From the IMG/VR virus record IMGVR_UViG_2585427635_000006: a DNA stretch of 64,000 nucleotides. One strand, 5' to 3'. A program made the translations under genes and the position numbers. The stretch comes from an uncultured virus (IMG/VR IMGVR_UViG_2585427635_000006). Lineage: Duplodnaviria; Heunggongvirae; Uroviricota; Caudoviricetes. Below, piece after piece: positions 1 through 9,990 of this stretch (the stretch's first letter is position 1; the number at the start of each line of letters is the position of its first letter). A model generated the notes under the pieces. The model searched no databases and was not told the DNA's origin. It saw only the letters and a list, made by a program, of their open reading frames with translations.

Positions 1-231
1 TCAAATATAAAGCCAAGCACTTCTGTTTCTACGGGGGCCGTTGCAGCACTCCAGCTCCGCCCATTTACGCTTTGCTTCGTTTAAATCACCACCCAACGGA
101 ATTTCAACGCGCCCCCCTTCGGTGGTGCGCCCGTTGTAGTAAAACGACTCCCACACTTTTCCGCTTTTTAATACGCGGGTACGGCGTAACATCTTGGGCG
201 GTAAATCTTTGTGGCTTGATTTTGGGCGCAT
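1..231 (-). CDS. Phage integrase N-terminus (partial; apparent frameshift near 40, other frame continues APVETEVLGFIF off the window)
   Basis: MRPK...LPPKM...YYYNGR...EIPLG.DL.EAKRKWAELE resembles an arm-binding N-terminus; follows an excisionase-like gene. Confidence 0.65.
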   Translation of the reverse strand: MRPKSSHKDLPPKMLRRTRVLKSGKVWESFYYNGRTTEGGRVEIPLGGDLNEAKRKWAELECCNGPRRNRSAWLYI

Positions 232-539
232 TGTGCTGCGCCCTGTTCATCTAGCGCAGCAAAATTAGGAAGCTTTACTGGGCGTATATCAGCGCCTGCC
301 ATGTGCAGCGACTCACCAGCGACGCGCAAACGTGCATACCAGCGCCCCACTATCGGGCGTCCAGATGCGTTGGTCACATAGCACCAGCCTTCGCTGTCTA
401 ACCATTTACGTTGGCCAGCACATATCTTGTAACCGGTTAGCTCGCACACTTCATTAGTGGTTAAAAATTCTGATTCTCTCGGGGCCATTTCGCCCGATTG
501 CGTGGTACCAACAAATCGGTACTTGTAGGTGTCGCTCAT
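168..539 (-). CDS. Excisionase-like protein (DUF4224-like)
   Basis: FLTTNEVCELTGYK...QRKWL...GRPIVGR motif; directly upstream of the integrase. Confidence 0.7.
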   Translation of the reverse strand: MSDTYKYRFVGTTQSGEMAPRESEFLTTNEVCELTGYKICAGQRKWLDSEGWCYVTNASGRPIVGRWYARLRVAGESLHMAGADIRPVKLPNFAALDEQGAAQCAQNQATKIYRPRCYAVPAY

Positions 540-1954
540 CGCGTCATGGCTCCTTGTGATGTGAGTGGTTTGCCTGTTTCTCTGCGTTTCACTGCCTCTA
601 GCAGTAAATCTTGAACTTCGCGTTTAGATTCACGGCGGGCCATCACTAATTCATCCACCGTGCCCGCCGCCACGATGTGGTGAATAAATACAGGCCGCTT
701 ATGTCCGGCTTGCGCCTGACGTGTTGGCCCAATGCGTTCGATGATCTGCTGGTACTGCTCCAGGTCCCACCAGTGGCCGAAGAAGGCCAAAATATTTCCG
801 CCGTCTTGCAGATTTAAGCCATGACCGGCACTGGCCGGATGGGCAAATAGCACGGGAATGTTCCCCGCATTCCAATCGCGGATCGTCTCGGGGTGTTTGT
901 CCAAAGCACGCCCCTTGGGGAAGGCACGCTGCAACCGTGCGACATCACTTTTAAAGTGATACGCCACCAACACCGGCATACCGGCGGCTTCTTCGATAAT
1001 GTCGTGCAGCGCCTCTAATTTCGCATCGTGCACGACTTCCCAGGCCTGGCGTGTGTCATCGGTGTACAGCGCACCATTGGCCAGTTGCAGGCATTTTATG
1101 GTTTTACTGGCAGCGTTAAAGGCTTCTACTTCAGCACCGCATTCCAAGGCGATGAACATATCTTGTTCCATGGCCTTGTACAGACGTTGCGCATGTGCTG
1201 GCAACGCAACGCGAATCGTATTGACAATCGGCTGGCATAAATCGAAGTACGCATGTGGATCAAGTGATAAACAGATATCGCGTATCTTGTCTTGAATCTC
1301 TTGAGATGCATGTGGCGTGGGCACAAGGCGCACCGCATGCGGATCACTGCCAATCTGCATCGCACGGAACCAGCGATCGCTAAACGCTTTAAAATGAGTT
1401 CCAAGCCGTGCCCCACGATCCACCATCCACATCAGCGCCCACAGGTCCTGTAGCCCATTCGGCGCGGGCGTGCCGGTCAACCCAATGTAGCGCTCCACCT
1501 TGGTATGTACATGCGTGGCCAGTGCGCGGGCGCGCCGTGTTCCTTGCCGCAGCCGGAACCCTTTCAGCTTGGAGCACTCATCGGCGACCACCATACGGAA
1601 CGACCAACGGTCCTTGTAAAACTCCACTAACCATTTCAGATTGTCGTAATTAATGCAGTAGATATCCGCCTCCTGCTCCAAGGCGTGGCGACGTGCTGCC
1701 GCACTACCCACGACCACGGACACCCGCAGATGGCGCAAATGGGGGAACTTGGCCACCTCATCCGGCCATGTCGTGGCCGCAACGCGCAGCGGAGCAATCA
1801 CCAAAATAGGCGCAATGTCTTCCACCACCAAAAGCACATCTAACGCCGTCAGCGTGGCTACTGTCTTCCCCAAACCCATTGGCACAAACAGATTGCAGCG
1901 TGGGTGCGTCAGGATGAAATCAACGATGGTGTGTTGGTAGGGGCGCAGGTTCAT
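536..1954 (-). CDS. SNF2-family phage helicase
   Basis: LRPYQ, MGLGKT Walker A, DECS, LTGTP, GHGLNLQ motifs. Confidence 0.92.
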   Translation of the reverse strand: MNLRPYQHTIVDFILTHPRCNLFVPMGLGKTVATLTALDVLLVVEDIAPILVIAPLRVAATTWPDEVAKFPHLRHLRVSVVVGSAAARRHALEQEADIYCINYDNLKWLVEFYKDRWSFRMVVADECSKLKGFRLRQGTRRARALATHVHTKVERYIGLTGTPAPNGLQDLWALMWMVDRGARLGTHFKAFSDRWFRAMQIGSDPHAVRLVPTPHASQEIQDKIRDICLSLDPHAYFDLCQPIVNTIRVALPAHAQRLYKAMEQDMFIALECGAEVEAFNAASKTIKCLQLANGALYTDDTRQAWEVVHDAKLEALHDIIEEAAGMPVLVAYHFKSDVARLQRAFPKGRALDKHPETIRDWNAGNIPVLFAHPASAGHGLNLQDGGNILAFFGHWWDLEQYQQIIERIGPTRQAQAGHKRPVFIHHIVAAGTVDELVMARRESKREVQDLLLEAVKRRETGKPLTSQGAMTR

Positions 1955-2038
1955 GCCAACGCTCCGTGCAGCACTTCAGGATGGGCGGGAGGCGCGCTGC
2001 TATACTCGCCACCACATGGAGCTAAAGCGGGGTTATGT

Positions 2039-2422
2039 GTGACATCCGTAGCGTTCGATACGCTTAAATTTGCGAACCGGCTGAAAACGGCAGGGGTTCC
2101 TGCGGCGCACGCAGAGGCCGAAGCCGAAGCCTTGGCCGAAGTGCTAGAAATAAATTTAAAAGACCTTGCTGAGTCTGAATCTAAAAACGGTAAGGCATTA
2201 GCGCGTCTTGAAGCCGATATGAAGGAAGGCTTTGCGCAGGTGAATACGCGCTTTGAACAAATTGCTAAAGACTTTGCACAGCTGGATAAAAACATGGACC
2301 AGCGCTTCGCCCAAGTAGACCAACGCTTCGTTGAAATAAAAGGCGAAATGCTGCTACTAAAATGGATGTTCGGTGTGATCGTAACCAGCCTCATTGCACT
2401 GATCATCAAAGCGTTTTTCTGA
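2039..2422 (+). CDS. DUF1640/CCDC90-like coiled-coil protein with C-terminal TM helix (antisense moron)
   Basis: FDTLKFANRLKTAG...AEA start, heptad repeats, LKWM plus hydrophobic tail; TATACT at 2001-2006. Confidence 0.8.
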   Translation: MTSVAFDTLKFANRLKTAGVPAAHAEAEAEALAEVLEINLKDLAESESKNGKALARLEADMKEGFAQVNTRFEQIAKDFAQLDKNMDQRFAQVDQRFVEIKGEMLLLKWMFGVIVTSLIALIIKAFF

Positions 2423-2423
2423 G

Positions 2424-2702
2424 TCACGCCAGCACCTCATCCACGCCTTTTAAGGAATCGACCACGACCACGCGCTGGCCCATGCCGCGCATGCGCTCAT
2501 GCTCACGGACTTGATGCGGTGTGCACTGCTGGCCTGGGGCTTTGAGTTCCACCCACAGGGTGCGCCCCTCGGGCAGCATGGCGATGCGATCCGGCGCACC
2601 GTGGCGGCCACCCCATTTCACCTTGCGGATTTCACCGCCCTTGGCCCTGACCTGGGCCACTAAATAACGTTCGATTATCCGCTCACGGGGAATGGTCATC
2701 AT
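2424..2702 (-). CDS. VRR-NUC domain nuclease
   Basis: GAPDRI...WVELKAPG PD-(D/E)xK motif. Confidence 0.88.
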   Translation of the reverse strand: MMTIPRERIIERYLVAQVRAKGGEIRKVKWGGRHGAPDRIAMLPEGRTLWVELKAPGQQCTPHQVREHERMRGMGQRVVVVDSLKGVDEVLA

Positions 2703-4878
2703 TGCTTCCTATACCGGTGGGTTTCAAGCCTTCCGCCGCTAAGGGCAACCCCTGTGCCCAGGGTGGCGGTGTGGCCATGAGTGCGGCCAAGTGCGCGGCT
2801 TGAAAGCGGCGTTGTCATCGGCTTCGGTAATGATCTCGTCGTGCACGGTAAGCACGATGCTGTAACCGGCTGCTTCAATCGCAGGCATGCAGGCGGCCAA
2901 CACGTCACGGCTAGACGGCTTGGGTGATGTTCTCGACCAGCTTGCCGCCGTAGGTGGTGATGCGCGTCCATTTGCGCGTGATCGGATGCGTGCCCATGTA
3001 GGACAGTGCGCCGTGCTCATCGACTCTGGGAGCGGCGTAGTAAAGCACCCGCCCCGACGGCAGACGCAGACGCAGCCATGCACGGCTGTACTGCACTGTG
3101 ATACCGCAGCAGGTGTGCGCCGTTTCGGGGTGGCCGATGGCGTCTGTGACTGCGCACTGCAACGCCTGCCAAAACGCGGCAATGGCTGGATGCGCGTTGC
3201 GCCATGCGCGCTTAAACACATCGCACGCCAACCATGCGCGATCTGAGAGGCCGAAGGTGGGACGGTGGTTCGCCTTCGTCCACTGGAGCGCTTCCACGGC
3301 CTCCTGAAGCAGCAGGGGTGGTAAGGCGGCCTGCTCGGCCATCGCCTCCAAATCAATGTGATACATGGCCGCAAAGGCGGCAAAGGCCCCGACACCGCCG
3401 CCATACCCCAATGCCAATTCCTGCACTTTGCCAATCTGGCGTTGCTGCTTGGTCACGGCCTGGGGCGCTATCCCGAACGAATGGGCGTAGGCGCGCTTGT
3501 AAATGTCCTCCCCTTTGCGGATAGGCTCGTGCTCGGCATTCCATTGCAAGGTGATCGGTGCCCCGCGCAGCGCACCGTGAGTGATGGCCTCGCCGCTGTG
3601 CCATGTACCATCCACCCCTTGGCAGGTATCAAAATCACCAAACGCCTGCAGCTTGGGGGTTTCACCGGCCAGCCACGCCAACACGCGGCCTTCAATGTTG
3701 GACAGATCGGCCACGACCAGCTTTTTATGTGTTGGTGCAATCAGACAGCTGCGCAGCGCGCTGCTGGTCAGCGCCATGACATCGTCAAAGACCAAATCAA
3801 CACAACCGGCTTTCATGGCATCAATGCCAACGGCGATCACTGGCTGGCTGAGCGTGGGGCGCGGCAGGTTGTGCGGCTGAAACAACCGCCCCGCCCACCG
3901 TCCGGTGCGACTGGCCCCGTTAAATTGCAGCGTGCCGCGCAGACGGCCATCGCCACTGGTGCAGTTCAGCAGCGCCTGGTACTTAGCGGTGCTGGTGGTG
4001 CTGGCTTGCCTGCGGATGGACAGCAGTTCCCGCACCGTTTCTGGCAACAGCGGATCGTCAAGGCAACGCTCTACCGTGTGTTGCTGCATGTCCGGCAACG
4101 CCACGCCGTGCTCAGTGCTCAGGTGGTGCAACAGTGCATCGCGCTGGGTCGCCGCCTGCACCACACCTGCTGTGAGGTCACTGGTGCGCTCGGCCAGTGC
4201 TTGCTTGGCGCGTTCCACAGCGCCGATGGCTGCCTGGGCTAAGTCCGTATCGACCAAAACGCCTCGGTCATTAATAGTTTGGTCCAGAAACCACAGCGCC
4301 AGTTCCGCCCCCGTGTAGTTGTGGGACGGCAAGCGCTTCACCACGTCCCGCATGGCTGCCACATCGCGTCTGGCGTAGTCCACAAACTGCGCCCACTCGG
4401 TCGGATGGGTGTCACGTGTGGCACGGCGCAACGTGCAGTGGGTCGGGCGTGGTTTGCAAAACAGTGCAACGAGCCGTTTGCCGTCCTTGGCCTTGGCTTG
4501 CTCCACAGGAACGCGCAGCAGCTCGCATAACGTGCCTAGCGCCCCAGGCAGCGAATGGGCCAAGGCTTGGGCCATTGAATCGCGCCAGCGCTCCAAGGGG
4601 ATGTTGATGCCGCAATGGCGTAGTACGGTTCGGTCAAAATGGGAGTTGTGGAAGTACAGCAGCACCGCGGGGTTGTGCAGCGCAGCCGACAGCTCCTCAG
4701 GCATCGTTGCCGTGGCCGTGCAGTCCCACACCTGCACCGGCCCATCACCCAAGGCGTAAGCAAACAGCAACCGCTGTGCTTGCTCAGCATACGCATGCAC
4801 GCCATGCGCAATCGGTACGGGGGAGTACGTCTCTAGGTCCCCCCATAGGATGGGTGTAGGTGGCTGCGCGGTGGCCAT
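2699..4878 (-). CDS. Phage family A DNA polymerase; about three single-base indels in the last ~220 bp
   Basis: DLET exonuclease motif, DLSNIE motif [15 protein letters not shown] motif B; motif C TVHDEI lies in a shifted frame. Confidence 0.88.
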
Positions 4879-4879
4879 C

Positions 4880-6103
4880 TCAGGCGGCTACCTTCAGCGA
4901 GTCAAGCACCGTTGGGTTCCAAAGAATTTGGTAGCTGCTGTGCCCGTTGCGTGAGTACGGAATGGCTTCACCCCACACGCGACCGGCCTCGGTTAATTCC
5001 CACGCGTCGCGTTCATTACGAAATTGCAGGCCACTGGAGGCTAGTAATTGGTTCACCGCCTTGGCCGAGCAATGCAGCTGCTTGCCTAGTTGCGTGGCGT
5101 TGAGCATGCAAAGCGGGTCCCGCAGTGCAGGCAACGCACGGCGTATTTCTTCGGTTGTTAAATTCGTGTTGCTTTTGATGCAGGCCAGCGTTGCCGCTGC
5201 GGCAATCCCTGGCTTCACCCCAGGCACTGTGGAGATGTATTGGCCGATTAATAGGAGTGCGGCAATGCGATCCTGTGTCGGACCAGGCAAGGTGGGCAGT
5301 GCTCCTGGTGTGGAGTAGGTGCCTGTCTTGCGCAGGGTGGGCAGAACTTCGCTCGTCACCCAACGCTTAAAACGCTTGGCCGCAGGTTTTGTGCTGCCCA
5401 TGATCAGGGCATACAAACCGGATTCGTTGATGTGGTTAACGCGTTGACGGCCACCTGCTGTAGGGGCCTCCAACTTCTGGAGATCCTCTACATCCACGTG
5501 GGATTCAATGGCTTGATGTGGATTACCAAACTCCAGAACGGCACAAACATCATTGGCGTTAAACCAGGGCGCATTGGCCTCGTCGAGCTGGATGCGCACA
5601 TCTTTGGATTCAAATTGGAATGGAGTGATTGCGTTCATTGCGTGGTCCTCTGTGTGTTGGAAGGGACTTGGGGCGGAAGGCGCACTGTCGATTGCGCTGT
5701 GCAGCGGGATGATGTGATGCCCCGCTTTTTGAGCTGCGGGCAGTGCTTCATCGGTCAGCCACTGTCTAAAGCGTTTAGCGGCCTCTTTGGTGCTGCCGAT
5801 GAGCAAGGCGTACACCCCTGACTCGTTCAAATAGTTGGCGTGCTTAGTCCACCCAACGGCGTCGATGGTTTTGCGTTTCGATACGTTCTCCGCATCCACA
5901 TGCTGAGCAAGCGCAGCACGCGGATTTAACAACGCCAACGCCGTGCAAATGTCATTGGCGTTGAACCATCGCCGCTCGTGTTCGTCGAGCTGGACACGCA
6001 CGGCGTGGGATTCAAACTGGAGAGTGAACTCAGAGGGTGTATTCATGAGGTTGCCCTCGGGGGTATGGCGGTACGGGGGGAAGAACGCATATGGCGTATC
6101 CAT
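4880..6103 (-). CDS. Antirepressor-like protein: two Bro-N domains plus KilAC-like C-terminus
   Basis: Two FES.VR...WFNAND...NESG.Y.L...AKRF..W repeats; C-terminal LNATQLGK. Confidence 0.85.
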   Translation of the reverse strand: MDTPYAFFPPYRHTPEGNLMNTPSEFTLQFESHAVRVQLDEHERRWFNANDICTALALLNPRAALAQHVDAENVSKRKTIDAVGWTKHANYLNESGVYALLIGSTKEAAKRFRQWLTDEALPAAQKAGHHIIPLHSAIDSAPSAPSPFQHTEDHAMNAITPFQFESKDVRIQLDEANAPWFNANDVCAVLEFGNPHQAIESHVDVEDLQKLEAPTAGGRQRVNHINESGLYALIMGSTKPAAKRFKRWVTSEVLPTLRKTGTYSTPGALPTLPGPTQDRIAALLLIGQYISTVPGVKPGIAAAATLACIKSNTNLTTEEIRRALPALRDPLCMLNATQLGKQLHCSAKAVNQLLASSGLQFRNERDAWELTEAGRVWGEAIPYSRNGHSSYQILWNPTVLDSLKVAA

Positions 6104-6171
6104 GGTGTTGTCCTCGGTGGTATGGCAGGGATTGGGGCGTGGGAGGACGAAACGTCCTCCCACATCGGGGT

Positions 6172-6738
6172 TCACCCCCACGGCATGGCTCCTTCAACAT
6201 CCGCCAGCTCGGCGACGTTGCTCAGGTCCTCAAAGTCCTCTACGCTGGCCACACCGCCTCCAGCGAACGCCTCGCCATCACGCAAGAACTGCACGCCGCC
6301 CAGCGAAGCGTTAATCCGCTTGCCGTAGTTGTTGTCCTGCGCCCAGAGTTCTATGTTGGCGTTGACGTAACATCCGGCATACGGCCTGCCGTCCTGCGCG
6401 GTGAGCGGGGTCCGGTCACGGTCGACCACCAGTGGCCGTGACTTGTTACGTGCAGAGACGTATAGGTGCCCTGCAAACCCGTCATAGCTGGCTTTCAGGT
6501 CGCCATCATGCAAGGCGACTCTATCGCCCATACGCATCTGTTTAAGCTGGGCCGCCGCCTTAACGCCCCATTTGTCATTGGCCATCTTGTCAATGGCCTG
6601 GTTAAGGGCTTTGACTTGCGGGTCGGCAGGGTCGATGAGGAAGCAGGCCGAGAAGGCGGCCTCGCCTTCACCATTGACTTTCTTGGGTTCAAACAACACG
6701 GGGAAGGCTAAGCGCACGTTTTTTAGGGTGAGTTTCAT
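6172..6738 (-). CDS. Phage ssDNA-binding protein (DUF2815-like)
   Basis: NVRLAFP, YAGCYVNA, GVQFLRDGEAF motifs and acidic tail. Confidence 0.82.
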   Translation of the reverse strand: MKLTLKNVRLAFPVLFEPKKVNGEGEAAFSACFLIDPADPQVKALNQAIDKMANDKWGVKAAAQLKQMRMGDRVALHDGDLKASYDGFAGHLYVSARNKSRPLVVDRDRTPLTAQDGRPYAGCYVNANIELWAQDNNYGKRINASLGGVQFLRDGEAFAGGGVASVEDFEDLSNVAELADVEGAMPWG

Positions 6739-8015
6739 CGCGGTATCTCCTGAGATTGAAGTGAGGGTGCTGTGTCTGGGAGTGGGGGGATGGGCATGTC
6801 GCTCAAGTCCTGGAAATCCGTCGCGTCCTGAAGGGCGAGCGCGGGGCGTTTATCCGATGTGGGAACAACAACGGGCGCCCCCGCTGCCCTATGAATGAGC
6901 GGTTGGAGCTTTGGCCACTGGCGATCACCGATGACTCCGGCCTGGTGGAGTTTCTCGGCACGCGTGGGGCTGATGAGAGACACGTCGTACATGTCTTTGA
7001 ATTTGATGCGCAGCTGTTTGAGCATGGTTTCAGCGGCGGTCATGTCCGCCCAACGGCGCGGCCCGTGTCGGCCTTGAACCACCTTGTATCCAGGCACGGG
7101 CTGACCTGAAAGCAATTCCGCTGCTGCCCTGTCGCGAATAGATTTGCACCAGGATTCGATTAACTCTGTTGCGCCAAACAGGCAGGCCAGCGTGGTGTTG
7201 TCAAACGTGCGCAGGGCCGCGTAGCTGAGCTGCGGGACAATGGGCTTTGTGAGGTCAACAAAATCATCTGCCACGGTGTTCAGTACATGCGTGGCCAACG
7301 CAGGGCAGCTCGCTTTGGCCTTGCAAAATCGGCAGGGCGTTTCTGCGGGACCGAAATACTCTGAAGGTAATTCGCCTACGTTGTCGTAGTGCCACATCGC
7401 AGCCCTACACCGCGCTGCGCCTTGCGCAACCTTCTGCCTAAAATCCTCCATCTGGGGGAGGGTGCGCACCCACTCATCGGCATGTCCGAGCCGTGGTTGC
7501 ACGATCACTAGCCGCACGTGCTGGAAGGCTTCCACCCCTGCAAATTCTTGCAGCGCTGCCAGCGCATACAGCTGCAATTGCTCATTGCCTTCGGCGAAGA
7601 CTTTGACGCCTCTGCCGTATTTGAGATCAACGATGGTTAGCTCATCCCCCGCTAAAACCACCACATCAGCGGTGCCTTTAGCGCCTTGCTCCCTAGTAAT
7701 GGAGGCAATGCGTAGGGGCTGCTCGACCAGGCGCACCCCCGCAATGGCGCGTACATAGTCCACATACTCCTGCACGTACGCCGCCATCTCTGCGGTGACT
7801 TCCCAGCGGTGGCCGTTGACCTCATGGCATGCCCCCACGTACGCGCTGGCATCGCAGCCGGTGCGTAATGCGTCGGCAGCCACCGTATGGGCCACGGTGC
7901 CTTCATCGGCAAATGGGCTAGCGTCGTCTTTGCAGGTGCGCGTTAACGGAACACTTGCCGGACAGTGCAACCAACGATGCGCACTGCTCGGGGAGAGCAT
8001 GGCGTGCTGGCTCAT
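6735..8015 (-). CDS. Cas4-like exonuclease (DUF2800-like)
   Basis: LSPSSAHRWLHC, GTAD, DLKYG, QLQLYA, CRFC...C motifs. Confidence 0.85.
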   Translation of the reverse strand: MSQHAMLSPSSAHRWLHCPASVPLTRTCKDDASPFADEGTVAHTVAADALRTGCDASAYVGACHEVNGHRWEVTAEMAAYVQEYVDYVRAIAGVRLVEQPLRIASITREQGAKGTADVVVLAGDELTIVDLKYGRGVKVFAEGNEQLQLYALAALQEFAGVEAFQHVRLVIVQPRLGHADEWVRTLPQMEDFRQKVAQGAARCRAAMWHYDNVGELPSEYFGPAETPCRFCKAKASCPALATHVLNTVADDFVDLTKPIVPQLSYAALRTFDNTTLACLFGATELIESWCKSIRDRAAAELLSGQPVPGYKVVQGRHGPRRWADMTAAETMLKQLRIKFKDMYDVSLISPTRAEKLHQAGVIGDRQWPKLQPLIHRAAGAPVVVPTSDKRPALALQDATDFQDLSDMPIPPLPDTAPSLQSQEIPR

Positions 8016-8464
8016 GTCTCACCGTCTAAGGGCAAACCGCGTTCGTGGGCTTCGTACCATCCGCTGATGCGCTCCATCAGCGTTGGGTATAACTCCGGAG
8101 GGATTTGAGAGAGGCCAGTCACGCCAAATGACTTCAAAATATCGTCGGCGTATCCACGCTTAAAATCCTTAGACAGGCGCGTTAGCGCCTTTGCTACATC
8201 AAGATAGGTAAGTGCAGGAGCAGGCTCCGTTGTCACCTCAGTAACAGAGGGTTCTGCGGTGCGCGGTGCATCGTTGGCAGTGCGCGGCGTTGTATCCGTT
8301 GGGGGAGGGGGTGCCGCCGGTGGAGGGCTAGGGGCGCTATCGCTGCGCGGTGTATCGTCAAACACAGGTTGCGCGGGGCTGCTCGTGCTGCGGGGCGGGT
8401 TAAGCACCGCTAACACAGCGTTTAATTGGGCCTGATCGGTAATCGTGACGGTGATAGGAAACAT
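8012..8464 (-). CDS. Hypothetical phage protein with Pro-rich linker
   Basis: ORF coupled to the downstream gene; C-terminus ILKSFGVTGLSQIP is typical at this position. Confidence 0.6.
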   Translation of the reverse strand: MFPITVTITDQAQLNAVLAVLNPPRSTSSPAQPVFDDTPRSDSAPSPPPAAPPPPTDTTPRTANDAPRTAEPSVTEVTTEPAPALTYLDVAKALTRLSKDFKRGYADDILKSFGVTGLSQIPPELYPTLMERISGWYEAHERGLPLDGET

Positions 8465-8519
8465 GGGGTTTTTTCTCTCGTGTGTGGGGTGTTCCGTTCC
8501 GATGTGTTGTCCGTTGTCA

Positions 8520-8714
8520 TCACAGCGCATCGCCGTCTTGCTCCAGTGCGTCACGCACCGCTTCGTAGTCTTCTAGCAAGCCTTTAAGACGCGATAACAA
8601 CTCCCTTTCCACAGGCGTAAAACGCTCCACGGCTTGCCTGGTTGTTAGGTCATTCACAAGTTCGTTATCACTCATCGAACGCATGAGTAGTGCTGTCGGC
8701 ATGGGAGGCGACAT
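8520..8714 (-). CDS. Small hypothetical phage protein
   Basis: Strong AGGAG RBS; in the early leftward operon. Confidence 0.6.
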   Translation of the reverse strand: MSPPMPTALLMRSMSDNELVNDLTTRQAVERFTPVERELLSRLKGLLEDYEAVRDALEQDGDAL

Positions 8715-8745
8715 ATAAAAACTCCTTCCCGAAACACGTTCGGGA

Positions 8746-8937
8746 TTAGTGCTTAATCAATATGGATGAAAGCGTTTTAGCGGCTTCGTAGTGCGCGCGG
8801 CGAACGCGGTAATTGGCGATGCGTAGTGCATTGGGCATTGCTCGGGTATCGCGCAAAATGCAATTGGCTAACCCAGGGTGCGCGTCGTAGTTGCAACGTG
8901 CAGCGTGTTGTTCTTTCGGTGTGCGATAGCGGTTCAT
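8746..8937 (-). CDS. Small hypothetical protein (paralog of 48687-48878)
   Basis: Near-identical 63-aa ORF in both prophages. Confidence 0.65.
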   Translation of the reverse strand: MNRYRTPKEQHAARCNYDAHPGLANCILRDTRAMPNALRIANYRVRRAHYEAAKTLSSILIKH

Positions 8938-8960
8938 CGGTAGGTTTTTCCTGTGTCAGA

Positions 8961-9152
8961 TCACGCCGCACGTGGCGGGCTGGGATGCGTGTTGTTTCGC
9001 ATCGCTTTGCGGTGGATGGCTGTGACGGCAATAACGGCTGGGAACCCAAAGCGCCGGTAGGCGTCAGACTTGGCCTCAACAGTTTTATGAAACAGGCCGG
9101 TATAGGTGTACACACCCTGCTTGGTGCGTGCGGTGATGGCGCAAGGAATCAT
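8961..9152 (-). CDS. Small hypothetical protein (paralog at 48902-49093)
   Basis: AGGAGG RBS; conserved in both prophages. Confidence 0.65.
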   Translation of the reverse strand: MIPCAITARTKQGVYTYTGLFHKTVEAKSDAYRRFGFPAVIAVTAIHRKAMRNNTHPSPPRAA

Positions 9153-9321
9153 GCGTATTCCTCCTGCATGACATCGGCGGTGTACCGTTGCTCAATCCAT
9201 TCTTTCTGGTGGGGTTTAGCGCGTTCTGCTTTGCTGTGGGAGCGTTGGCATGTTGGAGGCCAACCCCTCGGGGCGTTTATGATGGAAGTCCCAACAACCA
9301 TCAAACCCCAAGGGGCCAGCC

Positions 9322-9444
9322 ATGACTGAGAAGCGGATTTCGGATGAACAGGATTTTGATAAAAGGTCAGGCGTTCCCGTACGCGGACCAACGCAGCCTC
9401 CCCCAGCGCCCATACCCCAGCCACCACCGGCAGAAAAACAGTGA
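9322..9444 (+). CDS. 40-aa Pro-rich micro-ORF (MTEKRISDEQDFDKRSGVPVRGPTQPPPAPIPQPPPAEKQ)
   Basis: Translated by hand; AAGGGG RBS, TATGAT at 9278-9283; stops 7 nt before the next ATG. Confidence 0.55.
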   Translation: MTEKRISDEQDFDKRSGVPVRGPTQPPPAPIPQPPPAEKQ

Positions 9445-9451
9445 TGAACTC

Positions 9452-9934
9452 ATGAACACAGCAGCGCCAGAAGCACGCACTAAATATGAAGCTGAATTTG
9501 ATTTGGCGTATCACGTTCGTTTGTACGAACGGCATATCCGGTTTTATTGCAGGCTCCGCAAGCTGTTTGTTTTTTCCAGTGTCCTTGCTGGAACGGTTGC
9601 GATTGGTAATGTTGTGAGTGGATTGCCTTGGTTGGTTTCGCTGCTGAGTGTGGTTGTTGCGGTGGCTGGATTGGCTGATCTTGTCTTTGATTTGAGCAAT
9701 CAGACTGTTGCGTATGAATATCAACGTCGTAAATGCGTGGAGCTTCAGGTGGAGCAGTCGGCATTGACGTTGGAGGAGCTTGATAGCCAGATGCGGAAAA
9801 TTCTTATAGATGCCCCACCAGAAATTGAGGCACTCAGGATGCCTTCTTACAATGATGTTCTTCGCACACTCGGCCATGTTGCACGTGTGCAACTGCTTAC
9901 ACGTGTTGAACGCGTGTTGGATAAAATTGCCTGA
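9452..9934 (+). CDS. SLATT-like 2-TM protein (antisense cargo)
   Basis: N-helix, two hydrophobic segments, helical C-terminus with D.PP...AL...N.V.R also seen in the 11765-12283 protein. Confidence 0.65.
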   Translation: MNTAAPEARTKYEAEFDLAYHVRLYERHIRFYCRLRKLFVFSSVLAGTVAIGNVVSGLPWLVSLLSVVVAVAGLADLVFDLSNQTVAYEYQRRKCVELQVEQSALTLEELDSQMRKILIDAPPEIEALRMPSYNDVLRTLGHVARVQLLTRVERVLDKIA

Positions 9935-9990
9935 ATCCTTTTTATGCGGTTGTAGGCGGGGATCGTTGTAGCTGCTGTAGCCAATGCCAG

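Noticed and set aside
3358..4242. 294-aa plus-strand ORF
   Set aside because: Antisense shadow of the DNA polymerase; no motifs or coupling
6735..8015. CRISPR-Cas locus from the Cas4-like gene
   Set aside because: No repeat-spacer array or other cas genes; standard phage replication-module exonuclease
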